Part shown: in pieces, positions 37,321-46,620 of the stretch
Layout: every line of letters begins with the position of its first letter
How positions within the stretch are numbered: position 1 is the first letter of the stretch
Origin: a virus
Direction: 5' to 3' (one strand)
IMG/VR virus record: IMGVR_UViG_3300044487_000013
Span: 1 to 64,000 of that record
Length of the DNA: 64,000 nt
Notes under the pieces: generated by a model
Database searches by the model: none
What the model was told of the DNA's origin: nothing
Seen by the model: the letters and a program-made list of their open reading frames with translations, nothing else
Translations under genes and position numbers: made by a program

Positions 37321-39548
37321 TAGAACGGCAGGTCCTTGGGCGGCCCATCGGACTCGTTGGACCCTTTTTCCTCATCCGCCTGCCATTCGCCCTTGGACCC
37401 TACCAGCGTATCGAACAGCACGCGCGCCTCATCGATCGGCAACAGCGCTCGCACCCACTTGCCTTCGCGTCGCTTCCGGTCCGCGGACGTGCCCAGCCAA
37501 GGCGTGATGACCTTGCGTAGTTGGTCCGTGCCGATACGCCGATTGATCTTCATCGACTCGCACCACCGGAGGTAGTCGTCGTGGAGTTCCTGCTCGTACG
37601 TGAAGTCCGGCCACCCGCCATCGTCGCCCAGGTTCGCGTAGAGCAACTTCTCGTGCCACCACCGCATCTCCGTGGACAGCGACATTTCCTGTTGATTACG
37701 CAATTCCTCTGTGCGTGGCACTCGGCGTACCATCTCACGATCGGCCGGCATCGCCCACAGCAAACTGAGCAACGCTTGACAGCCCTCCGCACCTGTGCGC
37801 GGGTCCTTCATCATCTGCTTGTTCACCGCTTCGAAGTACGCGTAGTCCTGGAGATGCGCGTCGCTGACCCGCAGCGTGAGGAACCGACGTTCCTTCAGGC
37901 CGGCCTGGTGCGCCCAGTCCTCGTTGGTCGCCATGAACAGGTGCATGAAGTTAGGCTCCTCGATCACGTCGATGCCCTTGCGTTCGATGGCGAGCGTTGG
38001 CTCGGTGATGAGGCGCTTGAGCGACCCCAGGCTGGCCTTGTCGCCTGCGAAGAACGCCTCGTCCGCGAACACGACGACCTTGCCGGAGAGGGCCGCGTTG
38101 AACTTGCCGGCCAGCTGCTCCGTGCGGTCCAGCTGAATGAAGTGCCGACCGAACAGCCCTCGCCCGAAGATACGCACGAACGTACCCTTGCCGGCGCCCT
38201 GCGTGCCCTTCATCACCACGGCCACCTCGCTGGGCGTGCCCGGCTGCTGCACGGTCACCGCCATCAGGTTCAGGAGGTAATCGTAGTACTCCTGGTTGCC
38301 GGCGCAGATGATGTCCTTCACAAGGTCGAGGAAGAGTTGGCATTTGGGAGGACATTCAGCCATCACCCACGCCTTGAGCGTCACCTCGGAGGTGAGCGCC
38401 GCGTGCCCTGGCGGAGGCAGCAGCGGTTCGACCGCGTAGCCCTTCCAGAGGTTGTAGTCGACCTCCGGGCACTTGGCCGGCGGAGGCGCGAAGGTGATCT
38501 TCCTGAACGTCCGCTTATTTGGGTGCTCACGCCAGATCTCGAACTTGGTCTTGTACGTTTGCTCGCCCTTGTTCTCGCCGCGCGTCTTGGTCCCTACGGC
38601 CACCTTCTGGTGCGCGAACTCTTCGAACAGGGCGCGGGCCGGCTGCAGGACGACCTGCTCTTCCTCTTCCAGGCCATACACGTAGTCCTTGCCGACGCGG
38701 GCGCCGAAGCGGAACTCGTTCATCTCCGAGACGACCTTGTCGTAGACGGCCGTGTTGCCGCCCCACCACTGAACCAGGCGCTCGACTACATCCTTGCCGA
38801 TGCACTCGCCCAGGCTCGGGCCGCCGGTCGTCTTGCCGCCATCCAGGAACTCGTGGACGCTGGTGCTGTTGGCCTTCAGCCGGTCATCGACCTCGTCGTC
38901 CTTGGCAATCGCGCAGATGGCGCGTTGAATGTTCTGAATAGTGCCCAGGTCGACGTCGCGCGCTGCGAGGAACCCGCCGAGATGCAACGCGGAGTCATGC
39001 CGGCTGCCCTTGCCGCCCCAATGACGTCCGATCATCGTCGCGGTCGCGAGGTTGCGGCCGGTCTTTTCAGCGACCACCCGCTCCATCTGCTCCGCCTTGC
39101 CACGTTCCTTCCACGCCAGCTGCTCGCCAGTCGTGTGGATGGAGGGCGGCAACATCGTCTGGCCGCCCGTGGACCTTATTTCCAGCATCTTCTTACCGTC
39201 GGTATCGAGCCAGAACTTTGACTCGGTGCCCGGTGAGATGTAGAAGTAATGCGCGGTCCCGGTGCCAGGCCGGCCATGCGAACGGCCAGTGGGCGGCAGC
39301 AGGAAGTGCCCCGCGATGATGGCCTCGGGGCAATCGAGATCGAAGTCGATGAGATCACCGGATGGCTGGCCCAGCTTGACGCCTACGTTGGCGTCGGCGG
39401 AGAAGTGCTCCAGCGCATAGGTGCGCGTGGTCCACTTGGGTTCGTCCTTGCCGTCCATGCCGGGCTTCTTCGTGCCTGGCAGGAGCGGGACGACTGCCCA
39501 GCCCTCATCGATCAGCTGCTTCACTTCTAATCGTACGTCGCCGGCCAT
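37320..39548 (-). CDS. bifunctional primase-polymerase (prim-pol) / D5-like SF3 helicase
   Basis: N-terminal GWAVVPLLPGTKKP prim-pol motif. Walker A VVMKGTQGAGKGTF. 742 aa. Confidence 0.8.
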   Translation of the reverse strand: MAGDVRLEVKQLIDEGWAVVPLLPGTKKPGMDGKDEPKWTTRTYALEHFSADANVGVKLGQPSGDLIDFDLDCPEAIIAGHFLLPPTGRSHGRPGTGTAHYFYISPGTESKFWLDTDGKKMLEIRSTGGQTMLPPSIHTTGEQLAWKERGKAEQMERVVAEKTGRNLATATMIGRHWGGKGSRHDSALHLGGFLAARDVDLGTIQNIQRAICAIAKDDEVDDRLKANSTSVHEFLDGGKTTGGPSLGECIGKDVVERLVQWWGGNTAVYDKVVSEMNEFRFGARVGKDYVYGLEEEEQVVLQPARALFEEFAHQKVAVGTKTRGENKGEQTYKTKFEIWREHPNKRTFRKITFAPPPAKCPEVDYNLWKGYAVEPLLPPPGHAALTSEVTLKAWVMAECPPKCQLFLDLVKDIICAGNQEYYDYLLNLMAVTVQQPGTPSEVAVVMKGTQGAGKGTFVRIFGRGLFGRHFIQLDRTEQLAGKFNAALSGKVVVFADEAFFAGDKASLGSLKRLITEPTLAIERKGIDVIEEPNFMHLFMATNEDWAHQAGLKERRFLTLRVSDAHLQDYAYFEAVNKQMMKDPRTGAEGCQALLSLLWAMPADREMVRRVPRTEELRNQQEMSLSTEMRWWHEKLLYANLGDDGGWPDFTYEQELHDDYLRWCESMKINRRIGTDQLRKVITPWLGTSADRKRREGKWVRALLPIDEARVLFDTLVGSKGEWQADEEKGSNESDGPPKDLPF

Positions 39549-39599
39549 GAGTACCGCCTCGTTATGTGAAACGCATAACCGCTATGCCGATCGCCGGTG

Positions 39600-40193
39600 T
39601 CAGGAGCGGCGCTTGAACTCGCGATGGTCTTGCAGAAACCAGTGTTCTGCTTCGCGCGGCATCCACCCCTGATGGTGCCGAGGCAGGTGGTGCGCCAGTT
39701 CCTTGAGCAGAGCCTTGGGCGCTCGCTCGCTGATGAAGTTCTCATCGAGGGCCTGGTCGATGAACGCCAGGTCCCAGGTGCGTCGATAGCGGATGACGAA
39801 CTGTTCGTACACCGCGACGACGTCGTCGGCGGCCTTGATGGTCACTCGGTCTTCGGGGACCAGCGAGATGCCCAGGGCCTCTTCGATCGCTGCGGTCCAG
39901 ATGGCCTCGAAGTAGCGGAAGCCTTCTAGCGCCGGGGAGTGCTTGAGGTGGCGCGTCATGTCGTTGAGATAGGCTTCGCTGTCATCGTGGTGCAGGCCGG
40001 CATAGCGCAGCGTCCGCGGCAGCAGCCGCGCCACCGTGCAGGCATGCTGCGCCACGGAGTAGAAGTCACGTACCTGTCCGGTGAACCGGCAGAGATTGCC
40101 GAGGGCGCACGCGATATCCTGGACGTCGACGTCAGCAGGATCTGGTGCGCTCAGATCAATCCGCCGGTCAGAGACCGTGCGGAACCGGATCAC
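39600..40193 (-). CDS. HD-domain phosphohydrolase (YfbR-like 5'-deoxynucleotidase)
   Basis: HD-domain signature motifs present: a first conserved His (in AQHACTVA) and the HD dyad with EAYLND (in LHHDDSEAYLND). Confidence 0.7.
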   Translation of the reverse strand: MIRFRTVSDRRIDLSAPDPADVDVQDIACALGNLCRFTGQVRDFYSVAQHACTVARLLPRTLRYAGLHHDDSEAYLNDMTRHLKHSPALEGFRYFEAIWTAAIEEALGISLVPEDRVTIKAADDVVAVYEQFVIRYRRTWDLAFIDQALDENFISERAPKALLKELAHHLPRHHQGWMPREAEHWFLQDHREFKRRS

Positions 40194-40422
40194 GATAGAA
40201 CCTTCACCAGATCCGCGCGCAGACCCGTGACGGCCTTTCCGCTCTTGTCGACGGCGGCATTTTGCAAAAGCTGAACAGGCTCGAACGACACCAACAGGCC
40301 CTCTCGTAGGGTCTCGAACCGCGTCACGCAGTTGTTAGCACCGAAGAACCTCTCCTGGCCGGCTTCATCTCGGAGGAACCCGAAACGACGATCGCGTTTC
40401 AAGGTAACAATTTGACCCTGCA
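40190..40422 (-). CDS. cold-shock-domain-like nucleic-acid-binding protein
   Basis: GQIVTLKRDRRFGFL...ERFFG resembles a CSD RNP motif. Start has a GGGGTGA SD. Confidence 0.45.
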
Positions 40423-40478
40423 TACAATCACCCCGAAGCAAAATCGAAGGATACCACAATCTGGCCACTTTCACCCAG

Positions 40479-40685
40479 TTACCGCGACAGGTCTTCGTAG
40501 TGTTGTTCCGCGTGGAGTCGCTTCATGCACGCTAACGCCCCGCGACACGTGATGTACATGCGCGAGTGCTTCAGCCAGGTACGGGAAATTGGCCAGTACG
40601 CCTCAACGCACCAGCCCGCGATGTTCCAGCTGTTGACGTGCCCCCGAACGCGGAACATGACGAGGTACGGTTGGTCGTTCTTCAT
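40479..40685 (-). CDS. hypothetical protein
   Basis: 68 aa ORF. Confidence 0.4.
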   Translation of the reverse strand: MKNDQPYLVMFRVRGHVNSWNIAGWCVEAYWPISRTWLKHSRMYITCRGALACMKRLHAEQHYEDLSR

Positions 40686-40697
40686 AGCCCCAACTCC

Positions 40698-40946
40698 TCA
40701 GGTGATTGCCACGGACGTTCGCCCAGGCTCCGTGACGGTGAACCGCTGCAGCTTCCGGCAGCGACGGCAGCCGATGTACCCTCGCGGCGGCCACGTGGCG
40801 CGCAGCCTTCCGAGGTAGGGATGGTGGCGTCCGAACCAGCAGAGCACCAGCCCAGGCTTGAACCTTTTACCCAGCTCGATCAGCAGTTCGGTCACCGCCA
40901 TGCTGACGAGGACCATGATCACGGTCGCGAGCAGGAGCGTCTTCAT
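40698..40946 (-). CDS. small membrane protein with C-terminal CxxC
   Basis: N-terminal TM segment LLLATVIMVLVSMAV. Confidence 0.45.
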   Translation of the reverse strand: MKTLLLATVIMVLVSMAVTELLIELGKRFKPGLVLCWFGRHHPYLGRLRATWPPRGYIGCRRCRKLQRFTVTEPGRTSVAIT

Positions 40947-41134
40947 GGTGCCTCCACCTTGTCGAGCGCCTCGGCCTGTATGCGCGCCAGCTGCTCGTGG
41001 TTATATTCGTGGGCATCCGGGACGAGGGCGAGTATCAGTCGCCCATCGAGGAACCGGTCGACCACGCGAACGACCACGAAGCGGTCCCGACGACGCTTCG
41101 TGGCCTTCGAGATGTTCAGAACGTGGTGCTTCAT
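40943..41134 (-). CDS. hypothetical protein
   Basis: Internal Met with ATGA overlap to the upstream gene. The longer ORF is rejected. Confidence 0.35.
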   Translation of the reverse strand: MKHHVLNISKATKRRRDRFVVVRVVDRFLDGRLILALVPDAHEYNHEQLARIQAEALDKVEAP

Positions 41135-41349
41135 GCGGTCTTGTAGCCGACGTACGCCTTGCCGCCCCGCGGACCCTTCGAGCGGCTGACGCGAACGCGG
41201 CCCTCCTTGGCGTCCTTCGCGAGCACGGCCGAGACGAGGCCGACGCTCTTGTTGATGGCGACGGAGATCTGCCAGGCGGTCTTGTTGGGCCAGCGGTTCA
41301 GGTACCGCGAGATGGCCTGCCGAGTCGTTGTGCGTGGTGTCGTTTTCAT
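41131..41349 (-). CDS. small basic DNA-binding-like protein
   Basis: AAGGAGCGGAT-ATG RBS. 72 aa. HTH-like AISRYLNRWPNKTAWQISVAI. Confidence 0.5.
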   Translation of the reverse strand: MKTTPRTTTRQAISRYLNRWPNKTAWQISVAINKSVGLVSAVLAKDAKEGRVRVSRSKGPRGGKAYVGYKTA

Positions 41350-41358
41350 ATCCGCTCC

Positions 41359-41529
41359 TTATCTGAAGACAATGAACCAACGTAGTACCGAGACGAAGAG
41401 AAACGTGCCCAGGCCGTTGAGGAACGCCAGCCGCGGGTCCATCCCGAACACGCAGATCAGGATGACAGTCGACCACGCTGCGCCGAGGGCTTCGGGCCAG
41501 AACGCGGTCTTTGGTTGCGGTTGGCGCAT
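41359..41529 (-). CDS. candidate 56-aa two-TM membrane sORF
   Basis: GGGAGAAGGAATA-ATG SD. Not in the ORF track. Confidence 0.35.
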   Translation of the reverse strand: MRQPQPKTAFWPEALGAAWSTVILICVFGMDPRLAFLNGLGTFLFVSVLRWFIVFR

Positions 41530-41541
41530 TATTCCTTCTCC

Positions 41542-41721
41542 CTACTCTAGCGACGCTTTGACCACACCGTCCGTCAGATACACCCGGATCTCATTCGGCT
41601 TCGGCACGATGCTCGCCCACTCGATCGTGTACGTCCAATCGTCGTCCGAGAGCGCCTCTTGCCATCCGAACCTGAACTGAGCGTATCCAGGCCCCACGAA
41701 CCCGGTATCCGGCGGCACCAT
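41542..41721 (-). CDS. hypothetical protein (start uncertain)
   Basis: The C-terminal 59 aa look protein-like. The upstream part of ORF 41542..42138 is a GC artefact. Confidence 0.3.
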   Translation of the reverse strand: MVPPDTGFVGPGYAQFRFGWQEALSDDDWTYTIEWASIVPKPNEIRVYLTDGVVKASLE

Positions 41722-41834
41722 GAGTTCGTACTTGAACGGCCGCGGTCCCGGATGCTGCTTGCACCCGGCATCGCGGAGGACGATACGGATCGTCTCCGGG
41801 GTCACGACGATGTACGAGGTGGCCGCAGAAGGCG

Positions 41835-41930
41835 TCACAACTGGGCTTCCAGGCTCTGGATGAGCAAGTCGCGGGCCGGCGGCAGGCACTTCCACAACTC
41901 TTCGAGGGCCGCCGTCGAATCGTGCTTCAT
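41835..41930 (-). CDS. candidate 31-aa sORF
   Basis: Perfect AAGGAG SD 6 nt before the ATG. Sits 4 nt after the upstream stop. Confidence 0.3.
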   Translation of the reverse strand: MKHDSTAALEELWKCLPPARDLLIQSLEAQL

Positions 41931-41933
41931 GAT

Positions 41934-42719
41934 CTACTCCTTGGTGTCGAGGCGCGGCTGCTGGCGGTTGCCGTCCCAGTTCTCTCCCCACTTCGGCTCG
42001 CGAACGCAGAGATGGTAGACGACCACTGATGGCAGCAGTTGCCGTTTCGGCAGGGGCCAGAGCGCCGCGAACATGGTGTCGTCGTGCGCCGCGGACCCGA
42101 GGGAATACGGGTAGTTCTTGTGGCAGCTGGCGTGCCACATTTGGAAGTAGCCGATCGGCAGGTAGCCGTGCAGCTGGCTGACGAACCGGGCGCCGATGGG
42201 CCGGCGGGATGCGCTCTCGACCAGGCAGCGATGGGTGTGCTGTTGGGTCCCGTTGCGGCGCAGGTCATCGATCTCCTTGGCGCCTACGACGTTCACGCGG
42301 TCGGATCCGTACAGCGTCGCCTTGTCGAGGTACGTATGGTTGAACACCATCCGCCGGAAGTTGTCCGGGAGCACGATATCCGCGTCGAGGTGCGCCCGCC
42401 AGCCGTGGTACTGGAAGTACCCGAAGCCCGCGTTGATGGACGCGCCCTTGTTGAACCTGCGTCCGTTCTTCGTGATGAGATCGGTAGGCACGCAGAAGGC
42501 ACCGTGCTTGCGGCAAACCGCCTGCGTACGTTTGTCGTCGTGGGCCGTCACGACGATCATGGAGTCGAGATGCGGGTGGTTCATCTGCAGCGTGACGTCG
42601 AGCATGTCATCGTAGCCGACCGAGACCGTGACCGCTTCCAACCGGAGATCTTCCACGTTGCTGCCTTGCGCTGTCGCTGCGCCGCCCGCCTGGCTGGCGC
42701 CTGAGTACACGTCGTTCAT
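41934..42719 (-). CDS. putative GT-A-like nucleotide-sugar transferase (function uncertain)
   Basis: GAGGAGA SD. VTVSVGYDDMLDVTL...IVVTAHDD resembles GT-A beta1/DXD. Weak call. Confidence 0.35.
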   Translation of the reverse strand: MNDVYSGASQAGGAATAQGSNVEDLRLEAVTVSVGYDDMLDVTLQMNHPHLDSMIVVTAHDDKRTQAVCRKHGAFCVPTDLITKNGRRFNKGASINAGFGYFQYHGWRAHLDADIVLPDNFRRMVFNHTYLDKATLYGSDRVNVVGAKEIDDLRRNGTQQHTHRCLVESASRRPIGARFVSQLHGYLPIGYFQMWHASCHKNYPYSLGSAAHDDTMFAALWPLPKRQLLPSVVVYHLCVREPKWGENWDGNRQQPRLDTKE

Positions 42720-42750
42720 CACCGCTCTCCTCGCCGGGGAAGCTAGAAGG

Positions 42751-42954
42751 TCACAACACCCCGGCAATCGCCAGGGCAATCAACACGCAGAGCAACAGGA
42801 ACCCGCCGGCCAGGAGCGCCGAACACGCCAACGAGATCCATCGGGCACGCCAAGGGTTCTCCGCCTGGGCGTCGTCATCGAGGTAGAGGCCGCAGACGCT
42901 GCAGGCCATGAACCCTTTACCCTCGCAATTCCAGCAGGCCATCATCGGCTCCAA
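42751..42954 (-). CDS. small zinc-ribbon + TM protein
   Basis: CWNC...CSVC motif then a hydrophobic tail. The track start appears to be TTG. Confidence 0.35.
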   Translation of the reverse strand: MEPMMACWNCEGKGFMACSVCGLYLDDDAQAENPWRARWISLACSALLAGGFLLLCVLIALAIAGVL

Positions 42955-43187
42955 AAGAGGTGCCCGGTGATGATGCCGTACACGACGGCTACCACCGGGG
43001 TGAACGCTGCCGCGCCGCGGAGCAAGGCAGTCAGCGACTGGTAGTCGTGGCCGATATGGGCGCGTATCTCATACGCCACGATGCCGGCCAGGCTGAGTAT
43101 CAGTAGAATGTTCCAGGGCTTCATGGGATCAAAGACCTCCAGCTGCAAGAAGCAGAGCGCCGAGAGGAACGTGAACACGCCGATCAT
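42942..43187 (-). CDS. membrane protein (3 TM)
   Basis: Start at the internal Met MIGVFTFLSAL. Confidence 0.45.
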   Translation of the reverse strand: MIGVFTFLSALCFLQLEVFDPMKPWNILLILSLAGIVAYEIRAHIGHDYQSLTALLRGAAAFTPVVAVVYGIITGHLFWSR

Positions 43188-43315
43188 CACTCGACCTTGA
43201 CGCCTTGCTCGATGACGCGGCTGACGTAGTCGTCCCATTCAGCCACGTCCGCGACGATGACGCGGAGCAGGCCGGGCACGTGCGAGGGCAGGGTCCAGAG
43301 GCTGACGTAGATCAT
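43187..43315 (-). CDS. candidate 42-aa sORF
   Basis: CAGGAGAGAAGCC-ATG SD. TGATG overlap with the downstream gene. Confidence 0.25.
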   Translation of the reverse strand: MIYVSLWTLPSHVPGLLRVIVADVAEWDDYVSRVIEQGVKVE

Positions 43316-43375
43316 GGCTTCTCTCCTGAGCCACCGCTTGCGGTTGAGATCTTCATGGATGCTTTCCTCCGCCCA

Positions 43376-44830
43376 TCACTGGGGCATCGTTTGGATCACT
43401 GAATTGGTCAGCCCGTTGCTTGGAGATCCGTTGGCCGCGGTCGTGTAGTTGTCGACCACCACTACCCTGCTGAACGCGTAGCCACTTTCGAACGACCAGT
43501 AGCTGTAATGACCGACGTACGGCTGGGATAAGAACTCCACTCGGTTTCGCAGTACGTCGATTGACGAAAGGTTTCCTTGCAGGCTGATCGCGGCGGAGTA
43601 ATTCAAAGCGTCAGTCGACAGGTTAGAGCCGGCATCCACGATCCGGTTATCGCGCATCGACACTCTGGACGCGGAGTACCTGGCGTCGAGAATGCCGACT
43701 GCGATGCCTCTCACCGGGGCCTGCACGATCTCGTTGCCGACGATCAGTGCGCCCGAAATGTTGCCCAGGCATTGCAGGCCGATGCCGTAGTTGGCTGAGC
43801 CGGTGATGGTGCGCGCTGAGGCCTCCCGCTCGAAGCGGATGACGTTGTCGGAGATCCGCAGGTTCGTGAATTCCCCGTTGATGCCTGGAGTGTGCGACGT
43901 GGCGATGCCCCATGCACTGGGAGTCTGTCGGGTGACCTGGGCAACCGAGATAGAGTTTCCAGAGATTGTCACCAGATCCATAGCCGTCGTGGACCAGAGC
44001 GAGATGCCGTAGATGGTGTTCCGAACGTGGTTGCCTGTCACAGATGATGACTTCAGGTTCACGAGGTTCATCCCGCCTCGGAAGCCGTCGATAGTGTTGC
44101 CTGCGATCGAACCCGATCCGCTATGCACTTCGATCGCAGTCCAGGCCGCGTCGGCGGCTGACGATACGAAGGTGTTGTCGGTAATGTGGAAGTTGTCGCC
44201 ATCGATGTAAATCGAGCTATTGTCAAACTCCGGCTGTGCCGCGCGCTTCTCGAACACGAAATGGTTGCGCTCAACGTAGACACCTGATACCGCCGGCCCG
44301 TTCACGTCGAGCGGATCGGCACCGCTGACATGAAGCCTCATGTTCTCGAAATGCAGGTTCGTGCCCGCCCAGATCTCCCACACGAGTTGCTCGGTTCGCA
44401 CGTCGCTGACGTTGATCACGGCGCTCGTGTTGCCTGCCGCGTTTTGATCGATGGTAATTCCGGAGAACGTGAGATTATTCACCGCCGAGGTCTGCGGGGT
44501 GGCCGCGAAAATGTGGCGGTAATTTCCTGCGTCTGCCTTCACCTTGAACGCGCCGGGTCCACTGACCGCTAGATTGCTGCAGATTGGAATGGTGCTGGCT
44601 GCTGGGTTGATGATGTAGGTGCCTGCCGGGACATAGATGGTTCCACCACCTGAGGCGCAGACGGTCGAAAACGCACCCACGACAGCAGCCGTATCGTCAA
44701 TCGTTCCGGTGCCTGTGGCGCCATATTCGCGGATGCTGAGCGGTCGGATGGAAACGGCGGACGCAGGGACCAGCATCGCGAGAAGAAAAGACGTCACGAG
44801 ACTAGTGTGGATCCGGGTCTTATTCTCCAT
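43376..44830 (-). CDS. secreted right-handed beta-helix protein (pectate-lyase/tailspike-like, probable polysaccharide depolymerase)
   Basis: Signal peptide. YGATGTGTIDDTAAVVGAF NxxD-type repeats. Parallel beta-helix repeats. Confidence 0.65.
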   Translation of the reverse strand: MENKTRIHTSLVTSFLLAMLVPASAVSIRPLSIREYGATGTGTIDDTAAVVGAFSTVCASGGGTIYVPAGTYIINPAASTIPICSNLAVSGPGAFKVKADAGNYRHIFAATPQTSAVNNLTFSGITIDQNAAGNTSAVINVSDVRTEQLVWEIWAGTNLHFENMRLHVSGADPLDVNGPAVSGVYVERNHFVFEKRAAQPEFDNSSIYIDGDNFHITDNTFVSSAADAAWTAIEVHSGSGSIAGNTIDGFRGGMNLVNLKSSSVTGNHVRNTIYGISLWSTTAMDLVTISGNSISVAQVTRQTPSAWGIATSHTPGINGEFTNLRISDNVIRFEREASARTITGSANYGIGLQCLGNISGALIVGNEIVQAPVRGIAVGILDARYSASRVSMRDNRIVDAGSNLSTDALNYSAAISLQGNLSSIDVLRNRVEFLSQPYVGHYSYWSFESGYAFSRVVVVDNYTTAANGSPSNGLTNSVIQTMPQ

Positions 44831-45188
44831 CTGCCACCACCGTGATCTGCGTCTCCGGGCGCTTGCTGGTCAGCTTGCCCTCTTTCTGCAGCCGGCGCAC
44901 CAGCTTGCGGGCCTTCCGCAGCTGCCGGCCGCTCAGGTTCGGCTTGCGGCCGACGACGCGGCGCAGGCTGCCGTCCGTGTGGAATTGGTACGCCTCCCGG
45001 TCCATTGAGAGGACGTAGCCGTTCGCGATGGGCCTCGGCGGAGTCGTTCGGTGAACCAGGTCCTTGGCGATGCCTGGGATCTCACGCGCCTGTAGAATCA
45101 AACGCGCCTTCGAGATGCCCTCGCCACGCTGCTCCGCCCTCACTTCCTTCAGATTCTGGCTGAACAACTTCGCAGCTTTGCGGATCAT
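44820..45188 (-). CDS. basic hypothetical protein
   Basis: GAGAGGT SD. 122 aa. Confidence 0.5.
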   Translation of the reverse strand: MIRKAAKLFSQNLKEVRAEQRGEGISKARLILQAREIPGIAKDLVHRTTPPRPIANGYVLSMDREAYQFHTDGSLRRVVGRKPNLSGRQLRKARKLVRRLQKEGKLTSKRPETQITVVADGE

Positions 45189-45531
45189 GTTTGTACCTCT
45201 CGTTTTCGACTCGCGTCATCCATTGCAGGTGGTGCGGATTGACGCACAAGCAATTCTCACCCTTCGGGCACGTGTGGCCGGCCTCATGCGCTCCGGTCGG
45301 AGGCGGCCCGTGGAACCATTCGCACACTACGCGGGCGACTAGCTTGTTCGCCGTGCCGCGCCCGCCCAGGCGGATGGTCGGCCGCCGTTGGTTCCGGCGC
45401 TTCTTGCTGGTCGCGCCGGTCCAGGGCCAGCAGGCGTCGCGATTGACCGAATGATCGAAGGGCAGGTCGCGCCGCGGTATGGCGACCTTGGCCCACAAAC
45501 GCTTCTTCAGGTCGCCGCGGGCACCCGGCAT
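45082..45531 (-). CDS. HNH homing endonuclease
   Basis: CWPWTG...AHEAGHTCPKGENCLCVNPHHLQWMT HNH motif. The 3' end overlaps the next gene. Confidence 0.7.
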   Translation of the reverse strand: MPGARGDLKKRLWAKVAIPRRDLPFDHSVNRDACWPWTGATSKKRRNQRRPTIRLGGRGTANKLVARVVCEWFHGPPPTGAHEAGHTCPKGENCLCVNPHHLQWMTRVENERYKHDPQSCEVVQPESEGSEGGAAWRGHLEGAFDSTGA

Positions 45532-45809
45532 TACGCGCCCTTCAGCTTGAGCGTCAGCGGGAACGCCAGGTGCTTGCCGTCCGGGCCGGGCTGCGGCAGG
45601 CCGGTCAGTTCCAGGACGACCGGGCATGCCGGATCCTCGCAAGCGACCGCGTCGCCTACGCGGCCTGAGAAGAGCATAGGCTTTCCGCAGATGCACGTCG
45701 CGTTGAACGCGAGCGACCAGTTATGAACTTGAGGTTGACCTATGATCGGGACCATACCTACCTCCGATGATGCCTGGCGTTCTGCAAGGTCGCGGCCGGA
45801 TGCGTTCAA
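45531..45809 (-). CDS. hypothetical protein
   Basis: 92 aa. TAATG overlap. Confidence 0.4.
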   Translation of the reverse strand: MNASGRDLAERQASSEVGMVPIIGQPQVHNWSLAFNATCICGKPMLFSGRVGDAVACEDPACPVVLELTGLPQPGPDGKHLAFPLTLKLKGA

Positions 45810-45846
45810 GCACCCGGCCCAGGTTTCTGTCGCGCGTTCTGGTCGA

Positions 45847-46620
45847 TCAGTGTTCCAGGAAGGTGACGTCGTTGCGGTTGCCGCGGAGGCAGTACCCGCA
45901 TTGCTCGCAGTTCTCGCGGCGCTTCGTTTCCTCCGGGCAGATGTACGTGGGCGTGCCGTCGAACGTGATCAAGTTGTGCTTGCTGACCACCTCCTTGCCG
46001 TGCGCCATCATCAGGAGCGGCTTGCCGGCGCGTGGGTCGCCATCAATCCAGGCCCGGCGCCAGCCCTTCGGCGGGAGACGCGGATTGCTCTTGTCCATCG
46101 ACGCGAACATCTGGACGTTCCGCATGGCCCGGAGTTCCTCCAGGTACGGCAGCAGGTCGCTCACGCGCCAGCTTTTCGTGTAGACCCAGCAGGTCACGTC
46201 CGGCCGGTCGTCCAGCCGGCGGATCCAGTTCAGGATGTACTCGGCCGAGTCGAAGTCGCCCGAGACGTGCAGCCGCAGCATCGTCGCGTCCTCAGGAATG
46301 GGCGGCACCTCGTCGGTGACCGTGTTCCGCTGCCACATCTCGAACACCGGACCGTTCTCCGCGACCGGCCGCGCCGCGTAGCAGATCTCCAGGCACTCCG
46401 GGGTTGCGCCGGGGCAGGTTCCGGTGTTGATATGCGGGCCGTGCATGACGACCTGTGGACTGGCAGACCCGAGGGCGGCCCTGTTCGGCAGGCCGGGCAG
46501 CCGCGAGTAGCTGTAGACGTTCATGCCGATCTTCAGGTTGCCCTTGCCGTAGCGCTTCTCGACCAGGACGCCTCGCGTGTCCGGGATGAACACGACGAGC
46601 GGTTTACTAATCGCTGCCAT
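45847..46620 (-). CDS. Cys-rich conserved phage protein (Gp37/Gp68-like?)
   Basis: 257 aa. CPGATPECLEIC and CEQCGYC clusters. Family assignment is from memory only. Confidence 0.4.
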   Translation of the reverse strand: MAAISKPLVVFIPDTRGVLVEKRYGKGNLKIGMNVYSYSRLPGLPNRAALGSASPQVVMHGPHINTGTCPGATPECLEICYAARPVAENGPVFEMWQRNTVTDEVPPIPEDATMLRLHVSGDFDSAEYILNWIRRLDDRPDVTCWVYTKSWRVSDLLPYLEELRAMRNVQMFASMDKSNPRLPPKGWRRAWIDGDPRAGKPLLMMAHGKEVVSKHNLITFDGTPTYICPEETKRRENCEQCGYCLRGNRNDVTFLEH

